Shown here piece by piece: positions 51,601-61,584 of a DNA stretch of 64,000 bases; within the stretch, counting starts at the first letter, position 1; every line of letters begins with the position of its first letter. A program made the translations under genes and the position numbers. Under the pieces are notes generated by a model. It worked only from the letters and a program-made list of their open reading frames with translations, ran no database searches and had not been told where the DNA came from. Source of the DNA: Lingula anatina (lineage: Eukaryota; Animalia; Brachiopoda); NCBI GenBank assembly GCA_051362555.1, contig CM120641.1, positions 27,596,401 through 27,660,400 on the forward strand, read 5' to 3'.

Positions 51601-54600
51601 GCCAACACGTAAAAACTCAATGTTCTACCATTTAAATTTTGCCCACCTGGGAATTCTATCTTGAAATAAACTTTGCTTAGTGTTTCATAGCAAGCTCCAA
51701 TGTCAAAGGTCCAAAGTTGTGGCTCACTCTCGTCAAAGTCCATCACATTGTAAATCAGATGGACATCAGTCTGTGAATTAGAATGTATAAAATATGAAAT
51801 AATATTCTTATTCAGACATCACAAGGCTTATACCCTCGATGTTATGTTATATCTAACAGATTCTGAAATCTATATTTAAAAACATTCTGAAGATCATATT
51901 CTAACCACAATTCTACAATACGATACGATACGATACGATACGATACGATACGATACGATACGATACGATACAATACAATACAATATGATTAAGGGTTTCC
52001 CCAGGATTTGAGATACAGGGAGTCCAAATTGTGAATCTTTAATTTGGTCACTGATTTACAGGGAGTCCAAGACCCACAAATGCAATGCAATGCAATGCAA
52101 CACAACACAACACAACACAACACAACACAATACATTATAACCATAGTTTACTTACATCTGGTTTGAATTGGTTCTGCTTGATGGTCACCTCCAACCTGAT
52201 CGGCTCACCTCCTTCCCTGACCATCCCACTGTACTGGGTCCAGTTGGACTGAAAATTAAATATCAAATATTAAACAATATCCAGGTGAGAAGACAGCATC
52301 TATATGATCATTCTTTGTGTAAGAGCAGCATGAATTAATAACAACTACAACTTTTGGAAAAAATGAATTTTCTATTTTTTATTAGACCTTGACTTCAATG
52401 TTCTAATGAGAGATGTTGATATGTTTTGCCACCATATTCTTGCTGTCATCTTACCTCCATTGGATGCAAATTTACATGCATACTATTTTCTATTACATAA
52501 ATTCCTTCTACATTTCAAACAATCTTTTAAGGTGTCACTAATCTAAAGGCTCATACTAGCAAAGCCTGTGTTAAAAATGCTAGAGACAATTCCGATTTTG
52601 AAAAAAAAAATTTTAACAACTTATCTTTTTTTTTTTTGGTCAAAAATAAGTTCTAAAGCAGAAACAAAAGATTGTCAGGATGACACCAGGATCAATACTA
52701 TTCTGAATATCACCAGATAAAGAAGATCTGTCATAACTTACAACAGCAAAATACCACTCCCACACAGTGGTGCAGTCATCACAGATGCCAGGATATCCTT
52801 TCCTCTGAGCAATCCACACATCTGCTGGAATGTCACGAACTTTTCTCTGGTGACAGAACAATCTTTATGTTATCATCTAAAGTATATATAATTGATGAAT
52901 TCATTTTGTGCATTATACAATTTTAGAATAAAGAGTTTAATGATTATGCACTAAAATTCAGCAAAATATTCAGCACTTTTCAATACCAGATCAGCACCAG
53001 AATAGGCAAAATTTCCTGCCTTCTTCAACAATCAAAGCTTTCTTTTCAGCATAATAAAAGTCACAATTTAATGCACAAACAAACTGACAAAATTTTATAT
53101 ACAAATTTTATATCCCTTGTTCAAAATGTCCATGAAAATGATTTGTTTTTGAACTTACCACTCCAGTGTAGGTATAGGGCACTGAGACATTGTTATAGTT
53201 GAAGAACTCCTGAGGCGTCCGGATCCGTACTTCAGTGGGACTGACCTTGGTAATGTCAAGGCCAACTGTTTGGAGTGGGAAGTACGAGCAGTTACCTTGG
53301 AATGTGTCTATCACATACCTCACGCCTTGACACACACAAAAAAAGAAAAAAAACAATGAAATGACAATTCAGAAAACAATAACAAAAGAGCATAACTGAT
53401 ATGCTTATCAACTTACTTTTGAGTTTTCTCTGTGTACAACAAACTGAATTGTTCAGTGGTACTTACGATCTTTATCCCCATATCTTCTGAGTAGTTAATT
53501 AAGATTTGTTAAGTAGAGTAATTAACTAAACAATGATTGATAATGACAGACATTACGGACATTGTTAATAAAATTTACCACAAATTCCCATCTTTTCTAA
53601 ATTGTGCAAATGTTACTAATCCTAATTTCAATTTTTTTTATGAAAAGGCAAGAGATAAAATCAGGAATATTCATACGGTACCTGTGTTGAAGTCATGCAC
53701 TTCACTCAATGGGTTGAATCCAAACTGCTGGATCAAATCCAGACTGAGAGGTCTGTAGTCATAGCGAACAAGGTTGCTCCTAAAATCATACCACTCCTGT
53801 ATGATGGAAAAAAATTAATATTATTACATTAATATGTATTGAGAAGTCTGATTATGTTGATTGCCTATTATAAGGGTAGTAATTAAACCAAGTATAGTAG
53901 TATGTCTTGACATCTCTTCAAGGGAACCTTCACCTTCTTTCTACAAATTGCTTACTAACATTTTTTTTAGAAACACATTTCTTTTATTCTATATTTTGGT
54001 GCTAATAAAGAATTAGTGTGAGCCGCTTTCTTGGAATTTGTAAGTTTGCACATATCATAGAGATCTGAGAACTAATCAGCTGGCAGGCATCTGGGTTGAA
54101 GCTGTGAATATAAAGAGCAGAACAATTGCAAAACTTCTAGGTAGGATAAGAAATTATATACAACTGCTGTACATTATCAGAGGCAGATTTAAGGCGTCTT
54201 CTGGGTCTTCCAGAAGACGGTCAGATTTTCAAGTTTACATTGACGGGTATCTAATTTTTTTCTGTCGGAAGACGGTCAGAAATTGAGGATGGATCAATAA
54301 AGATAAATTGGAAGACTGTCAGAAAATAACTCTGGATCCGCCCCTGATTATCCTTGACAGTATTTTATCCACTCCTTAAGCTGACAGGCACGTACCTTTT
54401 GATAGGTGAACGTCTTAGCAATGGGAGATATAATTTCAATGGAGAACTGAAAGTAGTCTGGTGGCGTAGGTAGGGGCCTGGTGTTAACTCTTCCTGGGCA
54501 TACCATTCCTGGCGGAGTCTGGATGACGCAGTCATCAATTAATATATTATGTCTACACTGCGTCAGGTTGAATTATTTGCATTTAGTTGTCAAGAAAAGA

Positions 54601-56280
54601 ACTGACAAAGCAAACCTAACATTTAATTCTATGAATGTTTATTAAGTCAAGAAATCTCATTCTCAGTAATTAGATTACATATACTTTTTCTCTGATAAAT
54701 ATCATTTGAAAAACTGTTTTACAAATGACTTAATCAAAACTCTAAAATTCTAATCTTAAAACTAAAACATCCTATCATTTTTAACATCATTATTCATCTC
54801 ACCAAATATGAAAAAAAAAGATAACGCACATTTTCATGCCTAGAACTTTCAATAAACTTACCAGAAACACTTCATTACTGAAAGGGTCATTTGGCTGGAA
54901 TTTGACAAAGTCGTATATATGCTGGAACTCTCTTGGCACACCATTCTGGTCAAATACTTTGCCTTTTACGTACAGCCTTACTGGGAGAGACTTGCCTTGT
55001 AAGGGCATGTTCCACACATTTGGATCTATAATAATAAAAAATAAACATATGCTGTCTGCTATAATAATCACTACATTCTTATAACTTTTCATAACTAACA
55101 ACAATTTGGAACTATTTACATGAACCTACGTGCAAAGGGGGTAATGCACCTGAGCAGCAATAGGTAAGTGTCATGTGACTATAGATACCATATGACATCA
55201 CTATGTGACATCACCATACTGGAAAGCAAGCTTTTCAGTGAACAAAAGAAGTCATCACTATGTGACATCTTGCTGCAAAAGGCCTATTCTTCCATTATGG
55301 TGGACTGAAGGTCCAGTAGTCATATACTATGGGCACAGACTATATATATATATATACCCTAATACTAATTATTATGAAATTGGCTTTGAAGTTATAAAAA
55401 AGCATCTTGTAATTTAAAGAGAAATCGATCAACCACGTGCCAGTTCTTGAGGCAGGGTTTAAAATGTGCTTGCTGAATTATATAGCATTCTGTACTATCA
55501 TTCTGCTTTGAAAAGACCAAACATGGGGAGATCTTGCTGTGAAAAAGAAAAAGGGTTGTCATTTTTTTCAATTACTGTCACTAGTATGCAGAAGGTAAAA
55601 TTTTGCCATTAATTTGTACCTTTAGCTTTCACAGAATATTAAATGTAATTTTTTACATTTCCATTAGCAGCAGCTCTATTACATGCTTCACATGTCATGT
55701 CTATATATCCCGTGGGTTCCATTAAGAGCGAGTGCAAATTAGAGACTATTTAATTTATACCACATTAGAAAAATGAAATAAATGACCAACGTTAGTTTTT
55801 TTATTGCCCTGTCTATGGCGAAACAAGGGCGGTGCCACCCTTTTAAATAGAGATCGTGGGATATTGAGCTTCAAACCAGTTTTGTGGCACAATGCACAAC
55901 AAATGGGTAAGTGAGGGTATTAGATTATAATACAGGAGAATATATAAAAGCATTTCATAAGTAAACTAGAAAAGCACTCTGAGAGCGCAGACCTCTGCCA
56001 AGGCAGCAAAGTCTCCACCCAATGCTGATTCGCCCCTAAATTTTCATTCTATAATGATTTAGTTTTTAAATTTTTGATTATTGATTGATAATTGATCTGG
56101 ATCATCACCAAAAAGTAATTATCTGTTCCTTGGTCCACTTCTGACAGTTCCTGAAAATTTCATCAAAATCGGTCCATAACTTAGTTTTTTGATTTTTGAT
56201 TATCCAGATCACCACCAAAAACTAATCACTTCTAAGTTAACCCATTTCTGACCAACCCTGAAAATTCCATCAAAATGCAT

Positions 56281-56363
<83 letters not shown>

Positions 56364-59300
56364 CCATGTATATGTATGGTTCTCCATATAATGTGTCTTT
56401 GTTTTTAAGATACCTTCCACAGCACAAAAAAACTAATCCAATTTTTTTTTTGTTTCCAGATTGTCACATTGGACTTCATTAACCACAAGAGTTTTTAAAA
56501 GTGTGACAACCCACCCAACGAAACCATAGCCATGGAGACGAGCTGTTCAGTTCATTCAAGTAAGGATACACAATCAAACGAAACGGGTTGCCTGGACGTT
56601 TTAAATTCTAACAACCGCTCATTGCCGTTGCCAGAATACGAGGCCTATTTGCAGGCTTTACTGCAAGATGACCATGAGACACTAGACGGTCTTTTACAGA
56701 CTAATGACAGATTCATCATCAATTCTCCCTTTGACATTCAACACGACCCAGCACCTAGTTTGAGCAATGGGTGTCCTACATTTTGCCTTCCTCTAATGAT
56801 CGTCATAATGCGAGGATCTATCCGATGTTTCCACTTACTGCTATCAGCCGGAATTGACCTAGAATCATCAGAATCTAGTAATAACATCATTCACGCTTTG
56901 ATATGGGCCGGTAAACTGTGGCCAGAACGCATGGAACAATATCAGCAGATTTACAAGATTCTGGAATCACGTGTACCACTCATTACACTGAGAAAGCTGC
57001 TGTTTCAGGAGAACGACCTTGGGTTGCGCCCACTTGAGTTGACATCGGTCCTTGGGACACTGCCTCTAATGACAACTATTCTCAACACAAAAGAAGTTTA
57101 CATGTACCCTAAGCCCTCTCCAGCACTGCAACAACAAGTGTGGTATGATATCACAGATTACCATGAAACTTCTGGTTGTCGCTCCTCAAAAAGTCCGTTT
57201 TATCATTTGATATATCTTGAAGAATCCCAGTTAGAGAATAATGAGTCTAAATATTTCTTTAGTTCCCCTTTCCTCAAGGCTTGGACACAGACCTATGGGA
57301 AAATGATGAGAAGATATCTGATTTTCGAGGTTTTTGGTGAGATCCTGTATGGCATAATTTTCTGTATGGTTGTGATGGGCCTCCGTTTGCAAATGCTTCA
57401 AATACGAAAACTTCAAAACAATCGGTACAATGCTTCCTTGCCAAATGAATCAAACTTGGGCAATGACACTGTTGCCACTTTTGACTGCAAGAATCTGGAT
57501 CCTTTTTTTGACTTTCTTGAGATCATGACCTATCTTTTTTGGAATTCCATTCTTTTTGCAAGTGTAGTAAATGTTGGCAAAAAACTTAAAATGTTTATTT
57601 CAAGCCTAATTTTGAAAAGAAAGAAGGGGTTTGGCTTCAAAAAAATTATATTTTGTAAGCATAGAAAAAGTATTGTTTTCTTGACTACACAGCACGCAGT
57701 ATCTTTTATGAAGAGCCTTTTAATGATAGTCCTATTTGTGCATTATTTCATCAATTATTACAGTCTATCGCTGTTATGCTTCGAATATATGTTGCAGAGT
57801 ATAATAATGTTATTGAACACATGGACTTTTCTCTATTACATGCAGCTCCTGCCAAAGATAGGGTATTACGTATTAGTTTTCGAGCGCATGTTGGGTGACT
57901 TAACGAAATTCATGTTACTACTAGGTATTTTTGTGTTGACATTCAGTCTTATGTTTTTCACTCTGCTGCTTCCCTTCTGTGAAGAACACTTCGGTAGCCT
58001 TGGTATGTCGTTTTATTCAACTTTCATGATCATGCTTAATGTGGTTGATGTTTCCACGTTAGCAAACCCTGACACACCAGAAATGCAGGTACTTCTGGTT
58101 TTGCACATTATTTACATTTTATTTGTTGCAATCCTTGTAATGAATTTTTTGATTGGAACAATGTCGAACACCGTGTCAGAGCTCCATGCACAAAAAGAGA
58201 TTGTTGATAATTTACAGAAGCTTGTCATATATTACAACAGCGCTGCAAATGCTAATTGTTGTTGTTTTCGTCGTCTATGTTTTACAATGTCAGGGTATGT
58301 CAACACTGATGATAGATGGTATCTCAGAGTCTGGTACCGTTTGGATGAATTCGAACGATTATCTCATCAATGCTGACTGTCTGCACTGCACTTGAAATAA
58401 CATGTTAGAATGGAATGGAAGCATTGAACTTCGATAATTAACGCTCTGCAGTCGAATATTTCTTTACCTGATTGAAAGTTAATCTCAGTAAGGAGGGACT
58501 GGATCAATTTTGAAAAGTGTCTTTAGGCCTGGCAGCAAGAAGGCCAGATTTGGTACTCTGAGGATCAATAAAGGAAGTCGGTATCGAATTTGCAAGTCTC
58601 CGAACAGCTGGACCTTATAAACGCCATTTTGCTTCACAATTTAAAGTTGCGACAGTTGACCTTTTGATATGGGTAGCTGTTAGATTAAAGAGGTAATGTC
58701 TACACTTCCACCATCATTTAAAATAGGTTGCTTTCTATGCTTTTTATTATACTGAAAATACTTAACAGGACATGAAGCAAGCCTTGAGAAATGAAATTGG
58801 CAAAATATATACTTCTTATAAATGATGGAAATCCTTCAATGTGTTGATAAATAATGTACATGTAGCACCACTTTAAGCAATTAATAGTCTTTTAGATATA
58901 GTCACTGATACTTTATTTTGAGATTATGATCATAAATATATATTATATCCATGTATGTACATTTGTATTCAATGTATTCGTTGTCTAATATTGAAATGTA
59001 TTTTTTGCGACATCTGTTTCCACACCTTCCCCAATTTAATGTTAGCACAAAATGTTCTCTTACATACAGTTGTAATGTAGATTGCCCTTTCTGCTATGTT
59101 TACCAGATTTAAAGTGTGTCCTTTTGTGTTTATGCAACTTCCCCAACAGGTGGTTTTTGCAACATGCATTAATATTTGTATCCATTTCTTATATCCGGAA
59201 TAAATTGTACAACAAGTATCTTGCTTTTGGTACATTTCTATTTTTAAAAAACCTGGAATAAGGTTTTAGAAGGAACTTTCCTTTTCTTTTCTGTAAGAGA

Positions 59301-61514
59301 ACAACAGTGACAATGCATATCCTAAAATAAGTAATAACAAGTGTTTTGAGTTGGCCCACCTGGCATTTCATACATAGGGAATGAGAATACATTAAAAATA
59401 TGAATTAGAAACAAAGAAGTTTTTGAAAATATACTATATTATTTTATATTAGAGCACATTAATTATATTCAAAACAGAAATTAAATATTTCAAAAAAAAC
59501 TTATTTTGAAATAACTTCTATTGAGCTTAAGGTTTACAGATTTTTATATATACTATTATTAACCACATATACAATATATACAGTATAAATATATCAGCAT
59601 AAAAATTATACCAATTTTGACCAGAGCCTGAACTGCGAATGTTACATGTAAAAGCAAGGCATAGAAACTCACTCTCCTTTATCTTTTTTACTGGAACTTT
59701 ACGAAAATGTTTTGTCCTTTGCCCACTTCAAAAAATAAAAAGCCAAATACATTTCCCTATATTTGCCTTGAAGTTCATTTATCATTTTTACTGTGTGGAT
59801 AGCACATGATACGTAGCACAACAAAATCAAGCAACAAATTCTCAGATTCTTCGCTATTGTGTGATGCAGAACACGCGCTTTTTTCATCAATTCAGAAATT
59901 GCTCTTAAATTCAAATGTATCTGCTAATACAGTCCTCAAATGATTAACAATGAATCATCGGAATGACATGCCACTACTTTATTTGCTACTTTAACAAGTA
60001 AAATGTAATTTAGGGAATAGAAGGAGGCTTTCATGGTAATGTATTTCAACAGAACCTTTTGGCCCCATTTAAACTGAGCTGTTATGGAGACAGAGACAGG
60101 AAACAAATCAGTAAAATGTGTATGAGATAGCACTGATATGGGTATTTCTAGACACACCCACCATCTATAGTTTTATTTCATTTCTTTACTAATCTTCTCC
60201 AACATACCTTGAGTGTATCATTTTTTTTTTAGCAAGAATAAACTCAAATCCTGTATTACATTTTACTAAATATAATGGTGCCAGTAACTGACATAGAAAT
60301 ATGCAACAAAAATCCCAGTTCCAAATACAATAGATTTTGAATTTGATTATGAATATAAAATCAACATTTGATTTTACTCAGACATCAACAAGAAAGAATC
60401 TCTTAAATTTGCTCTGGGACAAATATTTAGTAAGATATTCTAGCTTAGAGAAATCACTAGTGTAGTGTTATTGATTGTCTATTCTGATGCCAACAGGCCA
60501 AAGAGTTTTGACGAAAGACATGAAATGTCTTAAAAACATTATTAATCAGGTAAATGTGCAGGCAACCTCAAAGTGACAATAAAAGTATGCAGTTATTTCT
60601 GTTTTACAAATGAAATTAGATCTTGCCCTGACTAATACACATTATTCAGATGAATCAATAGAAAAAACTTTATGATGTCGCACATTTACCTGTTCTTTAA
60701 ATTATATCAGTTTTAATAATAATAATAATAATACTAAAGATTTTGATTTGGACTTTGAATTTATAGCAACTTGTAATTTTATAAGAAATCAATTAGCCAT
60801 GTGCCAGTTCTTGAGGCAGGGTCTTAAATGTGCTTATTGAATTATATAGCATTCTGCACTATCATTCTGCTTTGAAAAGACCAAACATTGAGAGATCTTG
60901 CTGTGAAAAAGAAAGAGGTTTGTCATTTTCTTTTCAATTACTGTAACTAGTAAGAAAGTAATAGTGGACAAAAATTTAGCCATTAATTTGCGGCTTTAGG
61001 TTTCACAGAATATTAAATGTAATTTTTTACATTTCCATTAGCAGCAGCTCTATTGCATGCTTCACAAGTCATGTCTATATATCCCGTGGGTCCATTAAGA
61101 GTGAGTGCAAATTGGAGACTATTTAATTTATACCACACTAGAAAAATAAAATTAATAACCAATGTTTAGTTTTTTTATTGCCCTGTCTATGGCAAAACAA
61201 GGAGGGAGCCACCCCTTTAAGTAGAGATCACGGGATTTCGCGCTTCAAATCAGTTTTGTGGCACGCTACGCAACAAATGGATAAGTGAGTATTTAATACA
61301 AGAGAATAAAAGCATTCATAAGTTAAAAAAAACACCATGAAGAAAGTGCAGATATATAGTATGTTCAAATGGCATTAGCACACTCAGATATTTGATGGTC
61401 ATCATGGCTGATATATATGAGAGAAAGTGAAATATATGTTGAAAGTTCTCCTTTACGTTGTAAACATTCCTGTTTTATGTGTAAGAGAGAAACCAATTAC
61501 TAAAACCAATTGCT

Positions 61515-61584
<70 letters not shown>

